Source: a virus. From it: a stretch of 64,000 nt of DNA. A program made the translations under genes and the position numbers. Positions within the stretch are counted from its first letter, which is position 1, and every line of letters starts with the position of its first letter. The stretch lies in the IMG/VR virus record IMGVR_UViG_3300021964_000015. The stretch is one strand, 5' to 3'. Positions 10,131 to 18,945 of this stretch are shown here, piece after piece. The notes under the pieces are model-generated. The model was not told the DNA's origin and did not search any database. It saw nothing but the letters and a program-made list of their open reading frames with translations.

Positions 10131-12001
10131 CCTGGAAAACAACCAACACCGCCAAAGGTGAAAACAAGCTGTATTCAGATGCTAAGGGCGTGGTGCCGAG
10201 CCTGGACCTACGCTTTGCATCACAGAAGAATCTGAATGATTATATGACGGCTACACCGTTGGTTGACCACCAGCGGAGTATGAATGGTAGTAATTTGAGT
10301 CCTGGTACGTTTGTTAATAGTAGTGGGTTGATTGAAAAATCAAAAACAAATCTTATTTTATACTCTGAGCTACAAGTCGGATGGTTTTTTAGAAACACTA
10401 CTTCAGCGCCTGATCAAAGCTCACCAGACGGACTCTCTAGTGCTGTTTTGATTGCTGAAACTACATCTACAACTAATCATTACCTAAACAGGGATGATGT
10501 TTCTGTCACTGCAGGCAACACTTATTGTCTTAGTGTTTATCTAAAAAAAGGCACTGGAGCTACAGCGCCCCAATGGATGACGCTTTTTACCAATGTATCT
10601 GGTTTTGGTGGTGGTGATGCTTATATGGCATCATTCGATATTCAAAACGGAGTAAAGGGTTCGGCTGGAGTTTCAATTATTGATTTTGATATTATCGATG
10701 CCGGAGGTGGTTGGTATAGATGCTGGATAACAGCAACCGCGACTGCGACAGTTTCTGATTCTAGCATAGCTGTTGTATTTAACAATAATCAATCAGCTGT
10801 ACTGCCAGTTCAAACTTACACAGGCCAAACCACAAGCAATGTTTTTGTTTTTGGCGCTCAAGTAGAAGAAGGATCTTTTCCAAGCACCTACATCCCAACC
10901 ACCACCGTACCATCAGCAGCACCACGCTTCGATCACGACCCAACGACGGGTGAGAGCCTTGGGTTGTTGATTGAGGAGAGTAGGGAGAATATACAAACGA
11001 ACAGTGAAGACTCTACGGGATACTCCACCCTTGAAATAGCCTCTACTGTTCCCAGCAACATTAGCAGCCCTGATGGACAACTAAATGCTAATGTACTTAC
11101 GCCTACTGCTACTTCTAGCAACCATCACTTAAACCTTGTCAATTCAAACACCACTAACCTTACTGTTTCTGTTTACGCCAAAGCCAATACTTATAGATAT
11201 TTGATTATGGGGGGACGTGGATCAAATAATGCCAGTACAAGTCCTGTATTTGATCTTCAATCTGGCACGGTAGCAGAAGTAGGAGGCAGCGTATGGTCGG
11301 CTAGTATCACTCCTGCAGGTGACAACTGGTATAGGTGTAGCATTACAGCTACTTTGGGCACTGGTGGTGTCGTTGTAGGTGTGGTAGATACCGCAACTAG
11401 ACATGATGGCCAATTTCTTGCTGACGGCACTTCAAACCTTTATGTTTGGGGATTTCAGGTTGAAGAGTCAGCTACATTCCCAACCTCCTACATCCCAACC
11501 GCTGGTACAGCGTTGACTAGGAACGCGGATGTGGCGAGTATTACTGGTACAAACTTCTCTGATTTTTACAACCAAAAAGAGGGAACGGTATTTGCTGACA
11601 TTACTCCAGTAGATGTAGAAACAATTGCTCTTCTTGCTTACTTTAACACTACATCATTTTTTGAGTCACACGGTATAATTAAAACCAATGCTACAAGCAA
11701 TGGACCGGGTTTGTACATTAATGCGGACAATTACAGCGGAGGTTCAGGAACAATTAACCTTGACTCAAACAATACTGGACAAAGATTTAAAGCTGCTTAT
11801 TCTTACAAGGATTCTGATTTCAAAGCATCTTACGAGGGTGGTGCGGTCCTTACTGGTGTATGGCGCAGCCCATCACCAACCAATTTTTGGCTGGGGCAAC
11901 GTGATGCAGGAGTTTTTGCCAGCCGCACTCACATCTTCCGCTTCACCTACTTCCCGGAACGCCTCCCTGACGCAACTCTTCAAGCCATCACCGCATCGTA
12001 A
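10127..12001 (+). CDS. spike/fibre protein with tandem carbohydrate-binding-like domains
   Basis: Two 'WYRC.IT...G.QVEE..FP..YIPT' units; 'PRFDHDPTTGESLGLLIEE'. Confidence 0.7.
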   Translation: MTWKTTNTAKGENKLYSDAKGVVPSLDLRFASQKNLNDYMTATPLVDHQRSMNGSNLSPGTFVNSSGLIEKSKTNLILYSELQVGWFFRNTTSAPDQSSPDGLSSAVLIAETTSTTNHYLNRDDVSVTAGNTYCLSVYLKKGTGATAPQWMTLFTNVSGFGGGDAYMASFDIQNGVKGSAGVSIIDFDIIDAGGGWYRCWITATATATVSDSSIAVVFNNNQSAVLPVQTYTGQTTSNVFVFGAQVEEGSFPSTYIPTTTVPSAAPRFDHDPTTGESLGLLIEESRENIQTNSEDSTGYSTLEIASTVPSNISSPDGQLNANVLTPTATSSNHHLNLVNSNTTNLTVSVYAKANTYRYLIMGGRGSNNASTSPVFDLQSGTVAEVGGSVWSASITPAGDNWYRCSITATLGTGGVVVGVVDTATRHDGQFLADGTSNLYVWGFQVEESATFPTSYIPTAGTALTRNADVASITGTNFSDFYNQKEGTVFADITPVDVETIALLAYFNTTSFFESHGIIKTNATSNGPGLYINADNYSGGSGTINLDSNNTGQRFKAAYSYKDSDFKASYEGGAVLTGVWRSPSPTNFWLGQRDAGVFASRTHIFRFTYFPERLPDATLQAITAS

Positions 12002-12269
12002 CCATAAGTATCAACTTTCCCGAACGGTAACAATCAACCAATAAATCCGCAAACATCCAACTTTTATCCCGAACGGTAACACCCATGACGAGCAACGCAA
12101 TCCAACGAAAGCAAGCGGCGTCCCCTGGCCCGACTGATCCGCTAATATATACAAGCAATTTTTCACCGGAGAGATCACAAGCGTTCCGTAGCGTCCGGCT
12201 GCGGCAAGGTTGGCACCGCGTGAGGACCAGCTACCGGACACCAAATTAATTTTTTGTTTCTTGGGTAAG

Positions 12270-12629
12270 ATGACTATTCCTAATTTTAAAACCCAAGAAG
12301 ATTGGGAAGAATTTGCCAGCATGTTTGATGCACGCTGGCATTGCAAGAAAGCATTGTTGGATCGTGTGAAGGATGATCTATATCCTAAGTATGAATGGTT
12401 TGAACTCACTGCAGGAGCACTTGAAACTATCAATGACATCGTGCAATCCATGCTATATGACACAGAGTTTGAATTTGAGCAGAAGTATCCTGAATACAAA
12501 CGTGATATGGATGATATCTTTGTTCCCCGTGGTTCTTTTAAGCAAGAAGTAACAGAAGCATTGCTGGAGGCAAATCAAAAGTTCTGGAACAAATCCAATG
12601 AACCTTTTGATTTACCTACCAAGGATTAA
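12270..12629 (+). CDS. hypothetical protein
   Basis: ATG at 12270 within the 12210-12629 ORF. Confidence 0.55.
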   Translation: MTIPNFKTQEDWEEFASMFDARWHCKKALLDRVKDDLYPKYEWFELTAGALETINDIVQSMLYDTEFEFEQKYPEYKRDMDDIFVPRGSFKQEVTEALLEANQKFWNKSNEPFDLPTKD

Positions 12630-12632
12630 TAG

Positions 12633-12857
12633 TTAGGAATAATATTGCTCTTTCCACTTGGCATGGAGATGACCGTAGTCCCTGGGCTCAGTAACAGGGA
12701 CTTTTTCTTGCTTACATAAATCACACGATCCTTCATGGTAGGTAGCGTAGTGATGTGGTGGACCAACGTAAGTACCTTTTGTGTACCAGGTACCAAAGTT
12801 CTGACCGCATGCATCACATATCCATTGTGGATAAGTAGGATCTTTAGTTCTTGTCAT
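12633..12857 (-). CDS. small Cys-containing (Zn-binding) hypothetical protein
   Basis: CDAC and CDLC pairs. Confidence 0.55.
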   Translation of the reverse strand: MTRTKDPTYPQWICDACGQNFGTWYTKGTYVGPPHHYATYHEGSCDLCKQEKVPVTEPRDYGHLHAKWKEQYYS

Positions 12858-13182
12858 TGTTCAATGCCTTGATGCAATCAATAATTTGCTTTGCTTTTTT
12901 ATATTCCTTATCAAAGTAATCAAGGTTTTCCTGGGCAGCAGCATAGAAAGCTTTAAAGATCTGTTGACCAGATAGTTCTTCGTTGAATTCACAGATTGTA
13001 TCAAGAAAATATTCTTTTGCTTTATCAAAATGTGTCTTTTGATTTAAGCTTTGGACAGCATCTTTTGTGTTGTGCATTTTTTCCCTGGAGGATTTAGTAA
13101 CAAGAGGCTGGTCTAATTCAGCAACCAACTTGTTGTGTTTGTACCACTTTTGCCATTGTTCAATGCTTTGTTGAGAATCCAT
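12844..13182 (-). CDS. hypothetical protein
   Basis: ORF in tightly packed minus-strand operon. Confidence 0.55.
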   Translation of the reverse strand: MDSQQSIEQWQKWYKHNKLVAELDQPLVTKSSREKMHNTKDAVQSLNQKTHFDKAKEYFLDTICEFNEELSGQQIFKAFYAAAQENLDYFDKEYKKAKQIIDCIKALNNDKN

Positions 13183-13251
13183 TTTTTCTTTAAAATAAAT
13201 AGACGCATCACTAGTGTGATACGTCTTTGTACAATTAAAATTACAAGAAAA

Positions 13252-13554
13252 TTAAGAAACGGTTTCCATTTCTAATTGCCCTGCTTCATAGAGGCGAATT
13301 GCTTCAAGCATTTCAAAATAACGTTGGCGCATAGCAGCACCTGCTTCGTTGACGCAGAAGTCAAACCATAAACCAGTGTATGTTCCCTTAACACCAGGGG
13401 GTGCATCCTTACGGCCACTGCACTGGTACATGTGCTCCATGAAGTCAGCTTTCTTTTGCTCAGCGCTTACATCCCATGTTTCAAGTTGGTTTTTTAACCA
13501 TGGGGAATCAAAAGCACCAGTGGTCCGGAGCTTTGTTGCAAGATCGTCAGTCAT
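13252..13554 (-). CDS. hypothetical protein
   Basis: ORF, operon context. Confidence 0.6.
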   Translation of the reverse strand: MTDDLATKLRTTGAFDSPWLKNQLETWDVSAEQKKADFMEHMYQCSGRKDAPPGVKGTYTGLWFDFCVNEAGAAMRQRYFEMLEAIRLYEAGQLEMETVS

Positions 13555-13741
13555 CAGAAGAAATGGATGTGCAGCTAGTATAAACGCCAGTGACCTGATC
13601 TAGTTCAAACAACAGGTCATGAAGTTCATCTTGTAATGATTCAGATAATTCATCTGCAGTTTTACCATTGAAGGAGTTGTAAGCAACTTCAACATCAACT
13701 GCAAAAGATATGGTGAGCTTTGGTACCGGAACAGTTTCCAT
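13547..13741 (-). CDS. hypothetical protein
   Basis: ORF overlapping next start. Confidence 0.55.
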   Translation of the reverse strand: METVPVPKLTISFAVDVEVAYNSFNGKTADELSESLQDELHDLLFELDQVTGVYTSCTSISSDD

Positions 13742-13775
13742 CTGCTAGTAATAGACCTGTTTACTTTAACAGGAT

Positions 13776-14039
13776 TTATTTTTCTAGCAAACGCTCCAGG
13801 GAATTTGTTTGATGAGCTTGGTAGTAACCAAGACGTTCTTGAATTAAGTTGTAGTAATTAATGGCAGCATCAACCATTTCTTCTGCATCCATTGAAGCTG
13901 CAAGGTTTTCATTAGAAAGCATGGCTGCTGTCAAGATGACAACACCATGCTCAATCTTTGAACCAATCGTTGCAGAAAGAGGAGTTCCATCACTGGTAAA
14001 TCCAGCAATTAATTTATTTAGTACTGAATCACCGCCCAT
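13776..14039 (-). CDS. hypothetical protein
   Basis: ORF, operon context. Confidence 0.6.
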   Translation of the reverse strand: MGGDSVLNKLIAGFTSDGTPLSATIGSKIEHGVVILTAAMLSNENLAASMDAEEMVDAAINYYNLIQERLGYYQAHQTNSLERLLEK

Positions 14040-14073
14040 GGAACTCCTGCTGCTTTATCTATTGTATGCGACT

Positions 14074-14691
14074 TTATTTATCTAAACGTTCACGTTCCAG
14101 CCAGTACCAGTATGCATGAGCAGAGTTCTGGTGGTAACGCTTACTAGTAAGTAATTTAAACTTCTTGTATTCCAATGCATCATAATCCATATCCTTACCC
14201 TTATCGCGGCCAACGATAAGGGGGTTATTTGCTTTTACCATCTCCATTGTTAGATCATTGATCTCTAGCTGGAGATTAAAATCAGTAATTGCTTGGTTAT
14301 GTGCATTCATCAAGAAGCGTGCATCATCAGCATCCTTCGGTGCTGGAATCTTCTCGTAGAAGCTCTCTTGGATATTCGGATGGAACCAAGTCCACGTTTG
14401 ATTCTGAGAAGATTCGTTTTGAACGGACACTGTATTCTTGGGTGACTTTGACTCCGAGCGGAAGTTGTTTACCATCTTTGTAGGCACTGCGTATTGCGTC
14501 AAGGTTTGGTACGACTGTTGTTGTGGTTTTAGGTTCTGTTCTTTCGGAAAGAACTTCTCCTGACATTGAACGTAACACAGTTCTTTTTGTTGTGGTGACT
14601 TCTTGTTCAATGCAATAAGTTGCTCTTTCTTCAGTGTGCCAAAACTGTGGATCCGAGGTGATTTCGACACTAAGTTCTTTTTTTCTTGCAA
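14074..14691 (-). CDS. hypothetical protein; true start uncertain, 5' part overlaps Gp157-like gene
   Basis: C-terminal ~110 aa fills the gap to 14074; upstream part overlaps another frame. Confidence 0.45.
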   Translation of the reverse strand: MQEKKNLVSKSPRIHSFGTLKKEQLIALNKKSPQQKELCYVQCQEKFFPKEQNLKPQQQSYQTLTQYAVPTKMVNNFRSESKSPKNTVSVQNESSQNQTWTWFHPNIQESFYEKIPAPKDADDARFLMNAHNQAITDFNLQLEINDLTMEMVKANNPLIVGRDKGKDMDYDALEYKKFKLLTSKRYHQNSAHAYWYWLERERLDK

Positions 14692-15046
14692 GAGTAAACT
14701 CGTAATTACGACCAGTGATTTTATTCGAGTCCTTTGGTAGGACTCGACGTAGATAATTTAACAAGCCCTTGAGGGACCGCAGCTGGGATTCGTGGTGACG
14801 CTTGGCTTCTGTGACAAGCGTTGCTTCTTTCTTGATACGTTCAATAGCATCTTCATGGGAAGCCATTGCGTAATAGATGCGATCAATCTTTTCTGAGCGA
14901 AGGTTGGCGCAAGCTTCCAACTCCGCTTTAGCCATTTCCTGGGACTCAGGAGTGAGTAAAGGAAGAGAGCGTTCCAGGGCACCATAGTGCTCGTAGAGTT
15001 TGATGACGTTAAGCTCTTTTAGTTTAGCTTGAGTAATTTGTGTCAT
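14327..15046 (-). CDS. siphovirus Gp157-like protein
   Basis: 'KIDRIYY...IERIKKE...LRSLKGLLNYL...PNLDAIRSAYKDGKQLPLGVKV'. Confidence 0.7.
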   Translation of the reverse strand: MTQITQAKLKELNVIKLYEHYGALERSLPLLTPESQEMAKAELEACANLRSEKIDRIYYAMASHEDAIERIKKEATLVTEAKRHHESQLRSLKGLLNYLRRVLPKDSNKITGRNYEFTLARKKELSVEITSDPQFWHTEERATYCIEQEVTTTKRTVLRSMSGEVLSERTEPKTTTTVVPNLDAIRSAYKDGKQLPLGVKVTQEYSVRSKRIFSESNVDLVPSEYPRELLREDSSTEGC

Positions 15047-15048
15047 GA

Positions 15049-15162
15049 CTAGTTGAATTGAGTTTGGAATTTGTTGAGTGCATAGGTCAGCAGCATGCCT
15101 GCTGCTGCCCAAAGCAAATCTTTAATTACTGGAACACAAAAAGAAATGAATGATTCAAACAT
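15049..15162 (-). CDS. 37-aa hydrophobic peptide (not in ORF track)
   Basis: MFESFISFCVPVIKDLLWAAAGMLLTYALNKFQTQFN; follows motif A copy, stops 2 nt before Gp157 ATG. Confidence 0.5.
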   Translation of the reverse strand: MFESFISFCVPVIKDLLWAAAGMLLTYALNKFQTQFN

Positions 15163-15182
15163 GAAATTAAAGTTGTTTTGGA

Positions 15183-15210
15183 TAAGCAGTTTATCGTCAT
15201 GCTTAGGACG
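15183..15210 (-). repeat. motif A copy 1 (putative RNA pseudoknot)
   Basis: CGTC-ctaagcat-GACG-ataaac-tgctta on minus strand. Confidence 0.75.
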
Positions 15211-15215
15211 CCTCG

Positions 15216-15482
15216 TCAGAGCTTGATGTCCTTGGCGGACAGTGCTAGCTTACCAGGCTCGTCAACCCTTGGTTCAACTATTTTGTAAAGAAGTGCTTCA
15301 AACAATTCACATTTCTTTTTCTTTGACATCTTGTCCCAACGCTTTAGATCTGGATCATTGTCATCCCAGTTCAGTTTAATTTCAATGCCATCACCATCTT
15401 CTTTGTCGGTGATCTCAGCAATGAGTTTATTGCTGGCAAGCAGAAGATTAAGTTCAGAAAGTTCCATTGGTTTGGTTGTCAT
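15216..15482 (-). CDS. hypothetical protein
   Basis: ORF, ATGA overlap with upstream gene. Confidence 0.55.
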   Translation of the reverse strand: MTTKPMELSELNLLLASNKLIAEITDKEDGDGIEIKLNWDDNDPDLKRWDKMSKKKKCELFEALLYKIVEPRVDEPGKLALSAKDIKL

Positions 15483-16423
15483 TGCTTTTTAACAACAGAT
15501 TGAAGTTGTGGAAGTGAGCGACCAGGGAATGGTACGTATCCCGCCTCCATCATATTGAAGAACAAATCCCATGCATGGTTTTGTGTGAAATGCTCATCTG
15601 GTTTGTAGTTACGCCAGTGGCTTACAGGTGCTTGAGCACCATATGTTGTGTAGAGCACCTTGAATAAACCATCAGATAGATGGTCAGAAGGCGGCTGGTA
15701 CCACCATGCAACACACTTACTTGGTGTGCCGTTAGGCGCTTGGTTACGTGCTTCGGTACGTTTGCATAGCATCTCACGGTACTTATTGAACCAGGACAGA
15801 TGGATGCACCATGGCTTGAAGCCTTCAATCTCCTGGGAGAAAGAAGAGATGTTATTAAGTTGTTGTTGATACGAACCACAAGAACACCATGGCTCACCAA
15901 AGATTGGCTTGACATCTTCAACAGTATCTAGGCTGCTGTTGAAATCAATTGGCATATCTTGTGCACGCAAACCATCTGGTGCAATTAGATGACCAAGGTC
16001 TGCTTGATCTGATTGCAATAGAGCAGTTACCTTTTGTACATCGTTCAGATGAATAAAACGATCTGCCCATGCAGCTTGCAATCTTGCGTTAGGCGTGAGG
16101 TGACCTAACGCATGGGAGTAGTACCATCCTTTAAAAAGAACATAAGCATTGTTATGCCATACACTAGGACCGCGATAGTTAGGACCAAGGTAAGAAAAGA
16201 AATCTTTTAAGCGATGAGTATAGCTGGTATATGCAACCTTGATGGGTTCTCTGTTGTATGTTTGCTGGCTACCATCACGACGTAAGATCAAACAATCTTC
16301 GCCTTGAAGATAGATGTCAGCAATGTCAGTGTCATCAAAATCATTGAAGGCACGACGTATGTTGGTACGTGTGTAAATAAATTTTTGCGCAGCATCAAGC
16401 TCGGTTACCTGTTGGTTTGACAT
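15479..16423 (-). CDS. SWIM-like Zn-finger protein
   Basis: 'WCSCGSY...PWCIHL' CxC...CxH pattern. Confidence 0.55.
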   Translation of the reverse strand: MSNQQVTELDAAQKFIYTRTNIRRAFNDFDDTDIADIYLQGEDCLILRRDGSQQTYNREPIKVAYTSYTHRLKDFFSYLGPNYRGPSVWHNNAYVLFKGWYYSHALGHLTPNARLQAAWADRFIHLNDVQKVTALLQSDQADLGHLIAPDGLRAQDMPIDFNSSLDTVEDVKPIFGEPWCSCGSYQQQLNNISSFSQEIEGFKPWCIHLSWFNKYREMLCKRTEARNQAPNGTPSKCVAWWYQPPSDHLSDGLFKVLYTTYGAQAPVSHWRNYKPDEHFTQNHAWDLFFNMMEAGYVPFPGRSLPQLQSVVKKQ

Positions 16424-16453
16424 GAGTTGGAGTTGGGTTGGGTTGAAGTTGGA

Positions 16454-16669
16454 TCAGTTGTCCAGCCAGTAGTCCTGCTGGAGCCGGTCTTCCTTAGCGC
16501 GTTGGTAGGCGCCTTTTGCCATTCTATACGATCCGTAGATCACTGCAGCCCAAGCAGCAGGAGAAGGCAACAGAAGAGCAATGCCAGCAGTAACCAAAGC
16601 TGTGGTACCACCAACCTTGACAGCAGCTTTTTGTTCGGGTTTCATGTGAGTAATCCTTAACAGAAACAA
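16454..16669 (-). CDS. small membrane protein
   Basis: Hydrophobic stretch 'VGGTTALVTAGIALLLPSPAAWAAVIYG'. Confidence 0.5.
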   Translation of the reverse strand: MFLLRITHMKPEQKAAVKVGGTTALVTAGIALLLPSPAAWAAVIYGSYRMAKGAYQRAKEDRLQQDYWLDN

Positions 16670-16727
16670 AAGATTTAGTGTGAGTTTAATGCATTGGTTA
16701 GAATGTTTTGTAACAACTTAATACTTT

Positions 16728-16997
16728 ATGGAAGAGATAAAGTACGTGCCTCTAACCAAATTCCAAATTGAGCCAACGCTTGATGATAAGTTTTGGCTTG
16801 AGAAGATTAAACGTTCCATTGAAGAGTGTAATTCAGTTAGTGCTTTAAAAGAAATGGCGACCTTGCTTGCGCAGATCGCCACTCAACGTCAAGGTATAAT
16901 TCGTGGGTTAGTACAAGACATGTTTATCTTCAACAATATTTCTATTGATGGAGATGACTTGGCTAACCCAGAAGTTAAACCTAAATCAGAGGAATGA
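16728..16997 (+). CDS. NblA-like phycobilisome degradation protein (divergent)
   Basis: 'EPTLDDKF...SIEECNSVSALKEMATLL...RQGIIRGLV' fits NblA two-helix spacing; own TAGAAT at 16699. Confidence 0.5.
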   Translation: MEEIKYVPLTKFQIEPTLDDKFWLEKIKRSIEECNSVSALKEMATLLAQIATQRQGIIRGLVQDMFIFNNISIDGDDLANPEVKPKSEE

Positions 16998-18002
16998 ATC
17001 TTCCCCTGTCATTTCATCACGTGCTGGAAGCACCTTCACATCAACTGTGTCGTTGCTACGTGAGACAGGAAGAATGTTCAATCCTTCTTTGATACCATAA
17101 GAACCATTGAGTTTCTTGGCATCTTGCTTTGCATGTTGATTGATGTAATCATCAAACAACTCTTGGAACTTCCAAGTAGATGCACGATCTTCATCTGGAA
17201 TTGAAAGATTATTCAACGATTCAATTGCAGCTTCTTGCGTTGAATAATCTGGAATCGAAAAGGATTCAATTGCACAGATCTCAACGTTATTTGCACCACG
17301 CATTTCATTTGCAAGCACAGGTGTAAACACTGTGGTTGCATAGAACTTTTCGTTGAATGCAAGTGGGATCTCAGAGTCCAGTGCTTTGCTTAAGCACTTA
17401 GACATCTCTTTCTCATAAAGCTTTACTTTATCTGATACATCAGTACCATTCAATCCTTTAAGTGTAAGCACAATAGGATTCTTGTGAGCACGCTTATTAT
17501 CCTTGGTGAGGATAAAGATCAGATACTTTGTACGTACACTGTACTTACGCTTGTACATCTCGCCTTTACTATTGGCAAGATCAGAAGCAACCTTATCATT
17601 ATCAAAGATTGCTTTTACTTCTTCATCTTCAAACGTACCAATCACTTGGCGCATACCAGTAGTTTCTTCCACCATCAAAGGTGAACGCAACAATACTTGA
17701 ATGCGAGGCTCAGTAAAATTCAATCCCTCTTCAATAGAAGTATTGGGAGCCATACCAAAGGTTTGCTTGTAATTCCAGATGACAGAACCTGGGGTAAAGT
17801 CATCTTCCGTTGCTGTCCATCCACAGACATCAAGATCTGATTTACGTACAAACCAACCACGTACTTTTGATTTATTCAGTGGTTGAATTGTTACCAAGTT
17901 CTGGTAACCAGAAATAAACTCTTTGCTTCCAAAAAGTTTAAATGAATCAAGGCTACGAGTAGCCAGTGCATCTTTCTTGGTTTTGGTCGGAGAAGAAGTC
18001 AT
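16986..18002 (-). CDS. DUF5895-like protein (cyanobacterial/cyanophage family)
   Basis: 'KYLIFILTKDNKRAHKNPIVLTLKG' recognised from memory; adjacent to SSB-like gene. Confidence 0.45.
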   Translation of the reverse strand: MTSSPTKTKKDALATRSLDSFKLFGSKEFISGYQNLVTIQPLNKSKVRGWFVRKSDLDVCGWTATEDDFTPGSVIWNYKQTFGMAPNTSIEEGLNFTEPRIQVLLRSPLMVEETTGMRQVIGTFEDEEVKAIFDNDKVASDLANSKGEMYKRKYSVRTKYLIFILTKDNKRAHKNPIVLTLKGLNGTDVSDKVKLYEKEMSKCLSKALDSEIPLAFNEKFYATTVFTPVLANEMRGANNVEICAIESFSIPDYSTQEAAIESLNNLSIPDEDRASTWKFQELFDDYINQHAKQDAKKLNGSYGIKEGLNILPVSRSNDTVDVKVLPARDEMTGEDSFL

Positions 18003-18023
18003 GGTTTGTTCTTAGTGAAAAGT

Positions 18024-18050
18024 GGATGAGTTTAACGTCATCCCAGGACG
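18024..18050 (-). repeat. motif A copy 2
   Basis: cgtcctgggatgacgttaaactcatcc; identical to 21836-21862. Confidence 0.8.
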
Positions 18051-18071
18051 GGTACTTATTGTACCAAGAGA

Positions 18072-18893
18072 TCAGAAGGGTTCGTCCGATGCAAAGACAG
18101 GAGCTGTGGTGTATTGACCTGGGAGTTCAGGCAAGCCACCACCAGATGCTTCGTTCCATGCATCCTGGGAATCCTCAACCGTTTTGCCTCCCCATAGGCT
18201 AGCTACATTCCCTTCTGCAGCCACAGTTGTTTGTGAAACCACAGGTTTATCTTTGGACTCATCACGAGTCCGTACAATATTTACCTTATTGATTTGAATC
18301 TTGGTTGCTGTACGGCGCTCATTGGTTTGCTTATCATTCCATGCATCTGTTACAAGGCGACCACGAAGAGTCATCTCTGTTCCTTTCTTGGTCATGTTGC
18401 AGATAAGTTCTGCAAGATTCAAACGATCATTAGCATTATTGATTGCATAGAAATTAAATAGATCACACTGGTTTCTACCAGTGGAAACACTTAATGTTTG
18501 CGAGCAAATCATTGTGCCATCAGCAGTTGTCTTGAAAGCACGTGGATCTTCCTTATCAATATCTTTGATACAACGTCCTGCAAGAATTACATCATTGAAG
18601 ATCGGGAATGATTCAGTAACTTCTGCAAGAGAACCTGCATGTAAGGAGTGGGTCTTGGTCTGAACATCAAATCGTAAGGTGGCACCATGGATATAGATGA
18701 GGGAGTTCTGCTTGAGTCGCAGGAATCTTTCTGCTGCTTTGCCATAGACGTGATACTTGATTCGAGTTTCAGATTTGTTTTGATTTACCCTGGGAAGAAT
18801 TACTTCCGCACAGTAAGAAGAAGAAGTTGCAGATGTGTATACTTCCCGCGGTGTTTCAGCGAGAGATGCACAGACAAAAGCGCAGTTCATCAT
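18072..18893 (-). CDS. ssb: single-stranded DNA-binding protein-like (probably tandem OB folds)
   Basis: 'KKGTEMTLRGRLVTDAWNDKQTNERRTATKI' and acidic-aromatic tail 'SDEPF'. Confidence 0.7.
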   Translation of the reverse strand: MMNCAFVCASLAETPREVYTSATSSSYCAEVILPRVNQNKSETRIKYHVYGKAAERFLRLKQNSLIYIHGATLRFDVQTKTHSLHAGSLAEVTESFPIFNDVILAGRCIKDIDKEDPRAFKTTADGTMICSQTLSVSTGRNQCDLFNFYAINNANDRLNLAELICNMTKKGTEMTLRGRLVTDAWNDKQTNERRTATKIQINKVNIVRTRDESKDKPVVSQTTVAAEGNVASLWGGKTVEDSQDAWNEASGGGLPELPGQYTTAPVFASDEPF

Positions 18894-18912
18894 TGCGTAA
18901 AAGAGCAGTGTT

Positions 18913-18940
18913 AAAGCAGTTTAACGTCATACTTAGGACG
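18913..18940 (-). repeat. motif A copy 3
   Basis: cgtcctaagtatgacgttaaactgcttt. Confidence 0.8.
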
Positions 18941-18945
18941 GGCAA

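Noticed and set aside
15183-15210. Motif A as a pistol ribozyme (similar P1 + UAAA start)
   Set aside because: Pseudoknot closes directly after UAAAC; P2/P3 and the catalytic core are absent
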